Virus record (IMG/VR): IMGVR_UViG_3300009788_001732
Location: 9,963 to 73,962 of that record
DNA: 64,000 nt
From: a virus
Taxonomy: Duplodnaviria > Heunggongvirae > Uroviricota > Caudoviricetes
Reading direction: 5' to 3' (one strand)
Below the pieces are notes generated by a model that had not been told where the DNA came from, did no database searches, and saw nothing but the letters and a program-made list of their open reading frames with translations. Below are positions 24,895 through 35,008 of the stretch, one piece after another. The position numbers and the translations under genes were made by a program. Numbering within the stretch: position 1 is the first letter of the stretch; the number at the start of each line of letters is the position of its first letter.

Positions 24895-27688
24895 TGGAGA
24901 TCATATGAGTAAGACCGTACGAACTGTCATTGCCGATTTCTTATCGGCCGCCTCAGAGGGTCGATTACCCTGCGACCCACTTAAGCCAGATGGTCAGAAG
25001 GTACCGGCCGTCAATAATCCAGACACTCTGGACTTGTACAATCCTAACATGGAGGTTCAGGTCTATGTATCATCGACCGGCGCAGAGCCAATTGAAGGTC
25101 GTCGCAACACGTGGACCAAAAATGGTCAAACATTCTGGCACATTCGTGTTCCAAAGAATGCAATGAGTGATCCACAGTGGCAAGATTATCCATTGAAGTT
25201 CTCGCTCACGCATCACGCTGAAGCAATAGGTATGACGGGGTGGGACTGGGCAAACAAATGCTCACGCTGGGTTGCATTCGATTTTGATGCTATCACCGGC
25301 CACGCACCGGGCGTCGGCATCACAGACGAAAAGCTTCAGCAAGTGCGCGACGCCGCTATGAGCATCCCGTGGGTTCAGACCCGCAAGTCTACGCGGGGCG
25401 GCGGCATACATTTGTATGTGTTTTTCAATCCAGATGAATCTATTACAACTGAGAACCACATAGTACATCAGGGTCTCGCTCGTTGCGTTTTGAGTAAGAT
25501 GAGCCAAGAGGCAGGCTTCAATTTCGCCGCCGCTATAGATTCTTGCGGCGGTAATATCTGGGTGTGGCATCGAGACGCAACAGCCGCCAACGAGGGCTTC
25601 AGTTTGTTACGTGAGGCTACAGCAACTCTCGGACTGAGTGACTTCCCATCAAATTGGCGCGATCACATCGAAGTGGTGACCCGCAAACGAACCAAGATTA
25701 AGGTCCGTGGGATTCCTGATTCCGAGGACGAAGACTTTAATGTCATGGCCAGCGCTCGAAACATTATTCCGCTGGACGAGACACATAAAGATATTATCGA
25801 TTTACTAGGTGAAGAGGGATGCACCACAGTATGGGTGGCTGAGTACAATCTATTACAAACTCACACAACTGGGTTTGCTAAACTTAAAGAAGAACGCCCT
25901 GACAAGTATGTGGGCTTCTTTGAGACCAATTCTGATGGCACTCAACCTGCTGAACCAAATTGCTTTGCATTTCCGATGCCAGATGGTGGTTTCAAAGTGT
26001 TTCGCTTCGGTAAGGGTCACCGCGAACATTCATCGTGGTCTCAGGATGGGCAAGGCTACACGTCGTGCTACTTTAATTGTCGACCCAACCTCGAATCTGC
26101 TGCGCTGTCTATGGGTGCCGCTGAGGTTGCCACAGGCTATCAATTTGAAACATTACGCCACGCCGCAAAGGCCGCCAAGGCACTTGGTGCCGATCTGTCA
26201 CAGGTTGACGCCTGGATGGATGAAGGTCGTGAGACTGAGTTGCAATGTGTAAAACAAACGGGTCGTCTCAAGATCAGAATCGAAAAGCGCCCTAATGATC
26301 GCAAACCTGGACTCGGCTGGTCAGAGACTCGGAAATATTGGGAGAAGATTTTCAAGGTCGAGTGCGAACCGCGTGAGATGAAAAACGCCGAATATCCGGA
26401 ATTTGATAACATGTTTCGGGCAATGGTAACACCGGGCGGCGAACAGGCTGGTTGGGCTATGTGGGATGTGTCTCAGAAAGATTGGGACACCGGCCCAGCA
26501 AATCACGTCAAGTTGATTTTACAAGCGGATGGTTATACCAAAAGTGAAGCTGAGCAAGTGATGGGCGCCGTGCTAAAGAAGCGGTGGCGACTTGTTAATA
26601 TGCCCTTCATGCCTGAGTTCCCAGGTAATCGTCAGTGGAATTATAAGTCTCCGCAGTATCGATACACGCCTGCAAGTTTGACAGACGATGAGTGTCCAAA
26701 GCATCCATACTGGGATATGATTTTGGATCATGTATTTGCTGATCTCGACGAGGCACTGGCTGAGAATATATGGGCTATTCGGTTTGGTATCAAGACCGGC
26801 CGTCAGTATGGCCAATTGTGGATTGCCTCGATGCTCCGTGAGCCGTTTGAACCTCTGCCCTACCTATTCCTTCATGGACCACAAAACAGCGGTAAGTCGA
26901 TCCTACACGAAGCAATTGCCAAACTCATCACAGGGGGCATTTGTCGAGCCGACAAGGCCCTTACATCGACAGGGGAGCATAATGGTGAATTGGCCAATGC
27001 TGTCTTGGCTGTGGTTGAAGAAACCAACTTGAATGGACGCGGCGGAGAACGAGCCCTGAATCGTATGAAGGATTGGGTGACTGCTGAGTTTATTCAAATT
27101 CGACGAATGCGGACAGATTCATACTTGCAGCAAAACACACTCAAGTTCATCCAATGTTCAAATGAACGAAATCACTGTTTGATTATGCGCGGCGACACCA
27201 GGATCACGATGCTGTATGTGGCTGAAATTGATTTGGATGATGAGATTCCAAAGACCATGTTGAAAAAGGCTCTCGAAGGTGAGTCATCCCACTTTATGCG
27301 AACTCTTTTAGACCTTGAGATTCCGCCGCCACGGGGTCGGTTGCGCATTCCTGTGATTGCTACACGGGACAAAGAAAACCTAGAAGTTGAAAATATGAAT
27401 TGGCTACTTCGCTTTATCAGTGAACGTACTTTTGAAATAAAGGGCGCAAAGATTCCTTATAAGGAATTCTATATTCGTTTCCAGGATATCTTGCCTGAGG
27501 AAGATAAGAGTTATTGGACCCACAAACAAGTCAAGATTTTCTTACCACGACAACATCCCTCGGGCCGTGCCGGCGGCGCTGGAGAAACGTTTATTGCAAA
27601 CATGGCTTGGGACCCAAATACAAAAAGCGACGGAGTTGAACTCATATTAAGAGAAGGGCGGCTCAAACCTAAGCCTGATGTTGATTAG
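24895..27688 (+). CDS. DNA primase-polymerase (AEP) fused to SF3/D5-like helicase
   Basis: AFDFDAITGH and STRGGGIHLYVF (AEP catalytic motifs); C-terminal Walker A FLHGPQNSGKS. GGAG SD lies upstream of ATG 24895; the track ORF start at 24800 is probably spurious. Confidence 0.85.
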
Positions 27689-27717
27689 TTGACATTCTTG
27701 CTGATTCAAATTACAAT
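27689..27717 (+). promoter_or_regulatory. near-consensus sigma70-type promoter
   Basis: TTGACA (27689-27694), 17-nt spacer, TACAAT (27712-27717), immediately after the primase stop and upstream of the gene starting at 27742. Confidence 0.5.
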
Positions 27718-27741
27718 TGAATGTTGAGAGGAGCGACCTTA

Positions 27742-28266
27742 ATGAAAAAGAGCGACCACACTATGCACGACGATCCGAGGACGGCCGAGCGTATACTCTG
27801 TAATGTCACTAGCACAAAGAACGCTAATACTGACCGCGATGATGTTATGCACGGCGATTTAGCTAGCACAGCGAAGGGGAGTGGCGCCCGCCGAAGTATT
27901 GGCAAGCTTTCTTTATCACTTGTACCTTTTCATCTCTTGGCTGGATGTTGCCGAGTTTTCATGGGCGGTAAGATTAAATATGCCGAGTGGAACTGGGCTA
28001 AAGGGATGAAATGGTCATATTGTTTCGACTGTACGCTGCGCCACCTATTTAAATGGTGGTTCTGTGGCGAAGATATTGATCCAGAGTCTGGCGAGCATCA
28101 CCTGGATCATGTACTTTGCAATCTGTTTATGCTTCGCCACTATGTGACCAATTACAAGGAGGGAGATGACCGTCCGCCAACCTACGCCGGGTTTTCAAAC
28201 TCTATGGATGATTTCTCGAAGTTATTTGACGAAGAAGATTACAAACGACGCAATGGTTACACATAA
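27742..28266 (+). CDS. hypothetical protein
   Basis: GAGGAG SD 7 nt upstream of ATG 27742; the Cys/His/Trp-rich core has no motif I can name confidently. Confidence 0.4.
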   Translation: MKKSDHTMHDDPRTAERILCNVTSTKNANTDRDDVMHGDLASTAKGSGARRSIGKLSLSLVPFHLLAGCCRVFMGGKIKYAEWNWAKGMKWSYCFDCTLRHLFKWWFCGEDIDPESGEHHLDHVLCNLFMLRHYVTNYKEGDDRPPTYAGFSNSMDDFSKLFDEEDYKRRNGYT

Positions 28267-28877
28267 TGGCACGTCCAGGTTTTATACATCTTAACGGCCA
28301 TATCCTTGCCGGTGTCGATGTTGAAACAACTGGCAGTGTTCCTGGCTGGCATGAAATTATTCAAATAGGCGTCCAGCCATTGAATTCCCATTGTGATCCG
28401 ATGCCCAACGTGAGTCCATTCTACTTTACAATCAAACCAGAGCATCCGGAGAGGGCCGAACCAAAGGCCACGGCTGTTCATAATCTAGACCTTAATGATA
28501 TCTGCCTTCATAGCCCTGATAAATGGCAAGTGTCTGATTATCTAGAAGAGTGGTGGACCAATTTAGAGTTGCCTCTACGGAAAACCATCATTCCGGTTGC
28601 ACAGAACTGGCAGTTTGAGGCGGGCTTTTTGAAACACTGGTTAGGAATTGAGTCATTTAATCAATTTTTCTATTGGGCTGTTCGGGACACAATGGCGATC
28701 GCTATTTATCGAAACGACCTTGCCTATTCGCGCGGCCTCGCCGTACCATTTCCGAATGTCGGACTCACATCATTGTGTAGCAAGTTTGGAATCATCAATG
28801 AGAATCCTCACGACGCCCTAGCCGATGCGCGCGCCGAAGCGGCCGTGTATAAACAACTGATAGAGATGGGCAAATGA
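28266..28877 (+). CDS. DEDDh 3'-5' exonuclease (DnaQ-like)
   Basis: Exo I GVDVETTG and Exo III HDALADARAEAAVY. Confidence 0.8.
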   Translation: MARPGFIHLNGHILAGVDVETTGSVPGWHEIIQIGVQPLNSHCDPMPNVSPFYFTIKPEHPERAEPKATAVHNLDLNDICLHSPDKWQVSDYLEEWWTNLELPLRKTIIPVAQNWQFEAGFLKHWLGIESFNQFFYWAVRDTMAIAIYRNDLAYSRGLAVPFPNVGLTSLCSKFGIINENPHDALADARAEAAVYKQLIEMGK

Positions 28878-29575
28878 CAGACAACAAAGATGTCACACGT
28901 ATGTCAATTAACAAACATACGGGTGAATTTGTTTCTAGTGGTACAAAACAACCCCCGCCTGAATGGATTCCTTCGGGATGGGTTCAAATTGCTGTCAATC
29001 GGTGGGGGCCGCGGTGGCCGGCGTGTATTTATCGCCGCCTTAATGTAATTCCGTGGCAAGGAAAGCCGCCAGAGGTCCAGGCTCTATGTATCAAGTACAA
29101 CAACTATGGGGAAGAGATTGTGCATCAAACTTGCATGGGCTGTACTGTGTACAAAGCGCCGCAAGGTTTGACTCTTAGTCTACCGTCCGATGTGAGTATT
29201 GATGATCTATTCAAACGCACTTGGCGAAAACCACTTCATGGAGGGGGTGAAGCGATATACAAATACTCTCATCCATTAGATGCCTTTGAGGAAGATGAGC
29301 TGGACGCTTTAGAGGAGCGGACACTACAATTGGAGATGTTGACAGCACCTAAACCAACATATGATCCTAAGCACAGCAGCAGAGTGCAAAATAAATGGAA
29401 GATTCCGTGCATCCATCGTATATCGGTACCAAAGACAGATGTCGAAATACAGGACTGCGGGGGCTGTACAAGTTTGTATAATATTGTTTGTAGTCAGCCT
29501 GAAGCAAAACACTTCGGTAAGAAATTACGTCGTAAACTGTGTGCTGAATGCCCCCTCGCAGAGGAAGCCAAATGA
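28874..29575 (+). CDS. Cys-rich hypothetical protein
   Basis: Several CxxC pairs (CMGC, CGGC, CAEC); 233 aa. Confidence 0.4.
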   Translation: MTDNKDVTRMSINKHTGEFVSSGTKQPPPEWIPSGWVQIAVNRWGPRWPACIYRRLNVIPWQGKPPEVQALCIKYNNYGEEIVHQTCMGCTVYKAPQGLTLSLPSDVSIDDLFKRTWRKPLHGGGEAIYKYSHPLDAFEEDELDALEERTLQLEMLTAPKPTYDPKHSSRVQNKWKIPCIHRISVPKTDVEIQDCGGCTSLYNIVCSQPEAKHFGKKLRRKLCAECPLAEEAK

Positions 29576-30081
29576 TCGCTTATTTGATTCAAGGCCCGCC
29601 GTCCACTGGTAAAACAACTTACGGGCGTAAGATGGCCGATCTGGGCGGCGTGTGTATCTCATTTGACGACTACTTTTATACGGTTGCAAACCCGACTGAA
29701 CCAGAAGTATACAATTTTGATGCCAAGAAGAAACGCAGCTCGTCAAGATGGTTCTGGTTGAAATTGAAAGAAGCAGCCGATGCAGGCACAACACCAATCT
29801 ACGTCGACCAAAACAACGCCTTTCAGGCACACACATGGCGTACTGCTGCTTTTCTTATGGAGCGGTATGGGTATGATATTGAATTAGCACATCCTGTCAG
29901 TCCACAATGGAGTATCATACGCCTACTTCTTGAAAATAAAGAGGAGAATGCGCAAAAACTCGCGGAGTGGTCTTACAAATTGTCAAAAGACACTGACAAA
30001 CAAATCACGCCGGAAAAAATGCTTGACCGTTTTCTAAACTGGGAAGACTATACGGTTGATGATCTTATCGATCAATTTTAG
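29572..30081 (+). CDS. P-loop kinase (polynucleotide-kinase-like)
   Basis: Walker A GPPSTGKTT at the N-terminus in a T4 Pnk-like arrangement. The start MIAYL overlaps the upstream stop (ATGA). Confidence 0.5.
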   Translation: MIAYLIQGPPSTGKTTYGRKMADLGGVCISFDDYFYTVANPTEPEVYNFDAKKKRSSSRWFWLKLKEAADAGTTPIYVDQNNAFQAHTWRTAAFLMERYGYDIELAHPVSPQWSIIRLLLENKEENAQKLAEWSYKLSKDTDKQITPEKMLDRFLNWEDYTVDDLIDQF

Positions 30082-30139
30082 GGCACTGATATGCCAAGCT
30101 ACTACACTGTGCTTGTTGCGAGAATTAGGAGTCGACGCC

Positions 30140-30343
30140 ATGAGCTTTCCAACGAAGCCAATGCCAGAGGAAACTTGCGGAAACCATTGTCCGTTATGCG
30201 GAAAGTTTGGGCATGATGCAGGGGCTGCATCATATAAGGACCACTGTTGTCCAGAGTGTGGCATACTATGGAATAATAATGACTTGGTAGTCGACTTCAC
30301 TGACACCCCACTGAGCTGCAAGAGTGATAAGAACCACGACTGA
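30140..30343 (+). CDS. small zinc-ribbon protein
   Basis: CGNHCPLCGKFGH ... CCPECG; AGGAG SD 8 nt upstream of ATG 30140. Confidence 0.35.
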   Translation: MSFPTKPMPEETCGNHCPLCGKFGHDAGAASYKDHCCPECGILWNNNDLVVDFTDTPLSCKSDKNHD

Positions 30344-30380
30344 CGGCCGGGTGAGCCAGATATATCAGTAACAATTTTAG

Positions 30381-31703
30381 TCAACCTTCGCTGCCGCCCT
30401 CGCCACCCTCGTCATCTTCGTCACAAGGCCCGCCATCTTCAGGATTAAAATCGTCAAATGTCCGTGGCGGGAAAAGCTTTATTCTCACTTCATAAGTTAT
30501 TGGACCTGGAAAAGGATGTGGTCCACAAGTGGTAGTGTCATCGGGATCACAGTCCCCGGGGTCGCACGCACCTCCATCTTTTGTACAGCAGCATCTAAAT
30601 ATAGCCGCGCATTCGCATCCAGTGCCGCGATGTTCCTGAGCCACTATTCGATCATCGTAAGTATAGAACCCCTTGTAACGTGTCGAGAAGTCTTGTTGAT
30701 TTGGATTCCCTGTAAACAAGCGTTGTCTTTGTAGCTCCCAACTAGTGTCACAACTACCGAAGCAGTTGTCACACTCAAAGTTTTGGTCTTTCATTTCCTC
30801 ACATGAGCAATTGGAAGGGCCGCCAGCGGGGTTTGAATCGGGCAGAAGATCAATCAAACAGGCTCCACAAACAGTGTCATCACAACAGCTAGACCAACAA
30901 TTGCGGAGATCATCTGATAAACCGGTCCACGAACTTTCATGTGAATCACGCTGCCCTTCTAACACTTCCTTATCGGACTCCCTTTCTTGCTTCTCTTCTT
31001 CTTTCTCTTCTTTTTCATCTTCTTTCTCTTCCTTCTCGTCTTCCTTCTCGTCTATCTGAGCTTGAATCGAGGCGCGGCATGCGTCTCCAGACGCACCTGG
31101 ACCGCACTCCGATAACGCAGCTTCAAGCTGATCTATGTCCTCCTCAAGCTGATCTATTTCATCTTGTAGATCATCAATCTCTTCTTGAAGTTCTTCAATC
31201 TGAGCTTCAAGTCTACAAACCCTAAACAAATCGCTTCTCCATTTAAGATAATCAATGAGAGGTTTGTCCAGTGGCGAGCATTCATTACTTTGGCACCCCG
31301 CACAAAAGTCGTTTGGGCAAGGTGTATCACATCCTACACAGCACTCTTCGGAACCTATAAAGTGGTCAAATTCATCTGCGGCATTTGAGCATTGCTTACA
31401 GCAAGTGTCTCCGCAGTCACACCACGCTTCACCGAGTTGATCTTCAATGTCCTCAATGATGGACAGCTTCCATAATTCAGGGATCGACTCAAACTCAAAG
31501 CAATCCCCCGGCATCTCATTCAACCGGTCATGAATTTCTTCGATATCCTCCTTGCTCCATATATGATCTGCTGGCGGCGGTTCAATCGGGGGCAATGCAT
31601 CACAGCCGGGTTCCGGATTTTCCAGCTCCTCATTCACTTGGTCAAGAAGCTCTTGCCAAGAGTTGGCCCCCTCACGTCGATATGGTGCTGCTGTATTAGC
31701 CAT
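30381..31703 (-). CDS. highly acidic Cys-rich protein with central coiled coil (function unknown)
   Basis: About 50 Cys in three blocks (CDCGDTCCKQC..., CWSSCCDDTVCGAC..., GCECAAIFRCCCTKDGGACDPGDCD), a leucine-zipper-like heptad EELQEEIDDLQDEIDQLEEDIDQLE, and a KE-rich low-complexity run. Confidence 0.5.
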   Translation of the reverse strand: MANTAAPYRREGANSWQELLDQVNEELENPEPGCDALPPIEPPPADHIWSKEDIEEIHDRLNEMPGDCFEFESIPELWKLSIIEDIEDQLGEAWCDCGDTCCKQCSNAADEFDHFIGSEECCVGCDTPCPNDFCAGCQSNECSPLDKPLIDYLKWRSDLFRVCRLEAQIEELQEEIDDLQDEIDQLEEDIDQLEAALSECGPGASGDACRASIQAQIDEKEDEKEEKEDEKEEKEEEKQERESDKEVLEGQRDSHESSWTGLSDDLRNCWSSCCDDTVCGACLIDLLPDSNPAGGPSNCSCEEMKDQNFECDNCFGSCDTSWELQRQRLFTGNPNQQDFSTRYKGFYTYDDRIVAQEHRGTGCECAAIFRCCCTKDGGACDPGDCDPDDTTTCGPHPFPGPITYEVRIKLFPPRTFDDFNPEDGGPCDEDDEGGEGGSEG

Positions 31704-31711
31704 GTAATCTC

Positions 31712-32284
31712 CTAGTCTTCATCAGCAATACGACTTGTATCCGCGCCGAGAACTTTGTAAACACGGCATGTACTGAAATCCGTCAATCCTGCTCGGTCTA
31801 CATAAACGCCAAACTGACGGAGTTGCTTTCGACAATTAGCAGTTAATTTCTTAGTAAACTCCCCCTCTACGCCGAGTGAAATTGATTCCAACAAACCGTC
31901 GAGTTTTTGTTGCATTACTTCTTCGAGTATCGCGGCCATAGTGATGTCACTAACGGTAGAGTCTACGTCCCAATTCTTTTCGCCAATGGCTTGAATCACA
32001 TCATTGATATGGTACACAACAAAACCGCCCGCGACGACTTGTTTTTGATCCTTTGTCATTAACACTTGTGTTGCGAAATTAACAGTTTGCCGAGCAATAA
32101 CAATTGTCTCAATGTCGGTTAGTAAGGGCCAGTACCATGTACGGCGACCTCTGTTAATCTCAACTAACTTCCCGCCCACTTTCCATTTCACAGCTTGGTG
32201 TGTATTACGAACAATAACAATGCGCGGAATAAATTGTAGTAGGCCCTCAAAGATTTGACCCAACCATCCGAATGCAGTTTCCAT
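31712..32284 (-). CDS. SPFH/band-7 domain protein
   Basis: The pattern ...QAVKWKVGGKLVEI...TIVIARQTVNF.TQVLMTKDQKQVVAGGFVVYHINDV...LDGLL... follows the stomatin/HflK-C SPFH fold. Confidence 0.5.
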   Translation of the reverse strand: METAFGWLGQIFEGLLQFIPRIVIVRNTHQAVKWKVGGKLVEINRGRRTWYWPLLTDIETIVIARQTVNFATQVLMTKDQKQVVAGGFVVYHINDVIQAIGEKNWDVDSTVSDITMAAILEEVMQQKLDGLLESISLGVEGEFTKKLTANCRKQLRQFGVYVDRAGLTDFSTCRVYKVLGADTSRIADED

Positions 32285-32287
32285 TGT

Positions 32288-34993
32288 TTATTCACCCTTT
32301 AAGAACGCGGTACCGGCTCCAAACTTGTCCCCACTCCCGTCAAACTTAAAGTCAAACTCACCTTCTTCACCTTCACCAGACTTCCAAAAGGCATCTGTTC
32401 TGCCTTTCAATTTACCGGACGTAATCTCACTAAAGAATGAATCCAAAGTTGTTACCTGACCAGGATTCTGTGAGTCTCCAATTTCAGTCGCACGAATGTC
32501 AATCCAGAACGTGCCCCCCGGGTCAGTAATCTGTCCTTCATTGATACCGGGCGTTGGAGGCGGCGGTATTCCTTGGTTCGCGTTGCCAGACGCATTTGAA
32601 TCTGGCGTACCTGGGCTAGTATCATTTCTGTCAGACGGTGTTTTACCGCCCGCGTCTCGTTTCAAGTTTCCACCAGCACTATGAACATTTGGATCGGCGA
32701 CATTATTAAATGTTACAGTGGCACCTTGCTTACGTCCTACTCGATTGATGTTTCCACTCGCACTATTCCCAGGACCATCGCCGCCCTCAAAGCCCGCCGC
32801 CTGAGCAATCTGGTCCGGCCACTGTATGAACGTGTCAATATTCTGTGGATATGCTGCTTCATACTGTTCCATATCACCAGAACGAACGCCGGTCCACACG
32901 ACGATGTCCAGTGTATTTTCATTCGGGTTGTAAGTTGCTTCTTCAACATACGCCAGTACGGGGTCGTTTGAGGCGTAGTCACCATCAAAGTCTAGCGTCA
33001 CACCATCAAATGTTTCGACATTTAGCGCATCTAGCGCAGCTTGGAATGATAATTTCTTCCACGTATGACCACGCCGATTGATCCAAAAAGATAACGTCTT
33101 GACTACAGCAGCCAGGTAGTTGTAAGCATAGAAGTCGATGGTCTGTTCATGAGTTCCATACTTCTTCACATTGTATCGAATAACAACTTTATTGTCTTCA
33201 TCTTGAGCACCGTGGGCTCGCCAAGTAGCGGCGTATTTTGTCACAAGGTCTTCCGTGCTAGTGAAGCCTAATTCAATGCTCTGTGTTAAAACATTATTTT
33301 CACTAAACGTAAATGTCGAGGGCTGTGCTGCCGGTAGATATCGGCAAAAGAATTTTCCACTCTTAATATATACTGCCGTGCGTGACATGAAGGCTAGTTC
33401 CTTCAATACAGTCACGATATTCTTCTTCTGTGTCAAACAAAAGTGCATTGGGTATGCAGCAAGTGCAGAGCGACACGTATTAAATGATGCTGTATCGGCT
33501 GGGATATCTGCGTACTTACCAATCAAGTACAACATAATATCAATTGGGTTCGGCCCAACGGCCGATTTATAAGTTACATAGATTGTGTCTTCAAACGGCG
33601 GCACACGCTTAGACAGTGCATCAGTTACTCGAACGACTTTGACATTAACGCCCCCATAACTCTGTGTGAATACTGTGTACAAGTTGCGCGGTACATCAAC
33701 TAATACACGCTCACCGCTCTCAAAGGTAGCGAACGCTGTCACTTTCAGCACTGTGCCGGGTGTGATACTTATAAAGTATCGGATGGGTTCGTTTGAGAAT
33801 ATTGTTACTGATGAACCCCCCTGAGCGAAGAATGCGCCTGCTTGATCACCCGGAATGTTTCCAGTTGGGATAAAGAATGTATCCCCGCCGACTTGAGTTG
33901 CGCTGAAACCTTCGGCAAAGGGGAAAGTTTTACATGTGCCGACTGCACAGCCAGGGTTACCACACGGGGTAGAGTTGAGATGAAAGTTCTTTCTCTCTGG
34001 GTGGTCTGAACAAGACACGTGAAATATATTTGACCCCGCCCGACCTTGTGTTCCACTGAATGATCCAGTGAATACGCCCCCATTGATAAGCAGTTTGAGG
34101 GTACCACGAGGAAAATGTTCACCGCCAATGACTCGGAATGAATTACGTTCCGTACTTTTCTGTGCAGCCAGCAATTCAGTCAAGCTTAAAATCTCTTGCT
34201 CTTTTTGGGCCGCTTGAGCAAAGAATGCATTGGCTTTGTTTTCTAATTGTTGTTTGGCCTGACCCAGGCCCAAAATGCCAGCAAAGCCTGCGGCAGTGGC
34301 GTAAAGAATACCTAGGCTAGTGAGAAATGTTTTAATGGTCTCATGTGCGGCTAAGGTAGATGGAATTGTGAAATCATGTAAACCCACCGGGTCGGCTAAC
34401 GAACCATTATGTTTGAAGTCTACTTGAATTGCTTTTTGATGAACACTGGTACCGAAGCACTCCGGCCATAACTTGCCTACCATATCATTTGGTAGGTCGG
34501 GGAAGTTACCTTCTTCTGGTGAGAAACCAACATCTTTATCTTCGAGTTGAGATACCGCATTAAATTTCACTGTGCGGTCAGTCTCACTCCATGTAATTGG
34601 CGAGTTGATCTTACCTTGAAAGACTAGGAATCGATCTTCCCATTCAAGGCCCTCAAACCATTGATAAATTTTCACATCCCTCAACATGATATCGTTAACA
34701 TCAATAATGTCTTTGATACTATTGTCAGTATCATCTAGCACCAAAGAAACTTCTTCTGAAGTTTCATTCAGAGAGATTGCGACCACAGAATCGACAGTGC
34801 CAATCTCCATGATTTTACCCGGCACATTGATCTGCGATATGCCCCCTTGTGAGGGCGCTGAGATGTCTTTGGTTGCATACTGAATAAATGTTTGGCTGCC
34901 TACCACCCACGCAATCTCTACGATGACGACTGGCTCTGTCGCATGCGTCTGTGCTAGTTTAGCCAATGAGGCTTGTGAAATTTGTCGTGCCAT
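32288..34993 (-). CDS. large tail/baseplate structural protein
   Basis: 901 aa in the distal tail gene block; no specific motif. Confidence 0.45.
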   Translation of the reverse strand: MARQISQASLAKLAQTHATEPVVIVEIAWVVGSQTFIQYATKDISAPSQGGISQINVPGKIMEIGTVDSVVAISLNETSEEVSLVLDDTDNSIKDIIDVNDIMLRDVKIYQWFEGLEWEDRFLVFQGKINSPITWSETDRTVKFNAVSQLEDKDVGFSPEEGNFPDLPNDMVGKLWPECFGTSVHQKAIQVDFKHNGSLADPVGLHDFTIPSTLAAHETIKTFLTSLGILYATAAGFAGILGLGQAKQQLENKANAFFAQAAQKEQEILSLTELLAAQKSTERNSFRVIGGEHFPRGTLKLLINGGVFTGSFSGTQGRAGSNIFHVSCSDHPERKNFHLNSTPCGNPGCAVGTCKTFPFAEGFSATQVGGDTFFIPTGNIPGDQAGAFFAQGGSSVTIFSNEPIRYFISITPGTVLKVTAFATFESGERVLVDVPRNLYTVFTQSYGGVNVKVVRVTDALSKRVPPFEDTIYVTYKSAVGPNPIDIMLYLIGKYADIPADTASFNTCRSALAAYPMHFCLTQKKNIVTVLKELAFMSRTAVYIKSGKFFCRYLPAAQPSTFTFSENNVLTQSIELGFTSTEDLVTKYAATWRAHGAQDEDNKVVIRYNVKKYGTHEQTIDFYAYNYLAAVVKTLSFWINRRGHTWKKLSFQAALDALNVETFDGVTLDFDGDYASNDPVLAYVEEATYNPNENTLDIVVWTGVRSGDMEQYEAAYPQNIDTFIQWPDQIAQAAGFEGGDGPGNSASGNINRVGRKQGATVTFNNVADPNVHSAGGNLKRDAGGKTPSDRNDTSPGTPDSNASGNANQGIPPPPTPGINEGQITDPGGTFWIDIRATEIGDSQNPGQVTTLDSFFSEITSGKLKGRTDAFWKSGEGEEGEFDFKFDGSGDKFGAGTAFLKGE

Positions 34994-35008
34994 TATGTGT
35001 TCTCTTAA

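Noticed and set aside
30344-30380. Expected bidirectional terminator at the convergent junction between the rightward operon and the structural module.
   Set aside because: I found no convincing inverted repeat in the 37-nt gap.
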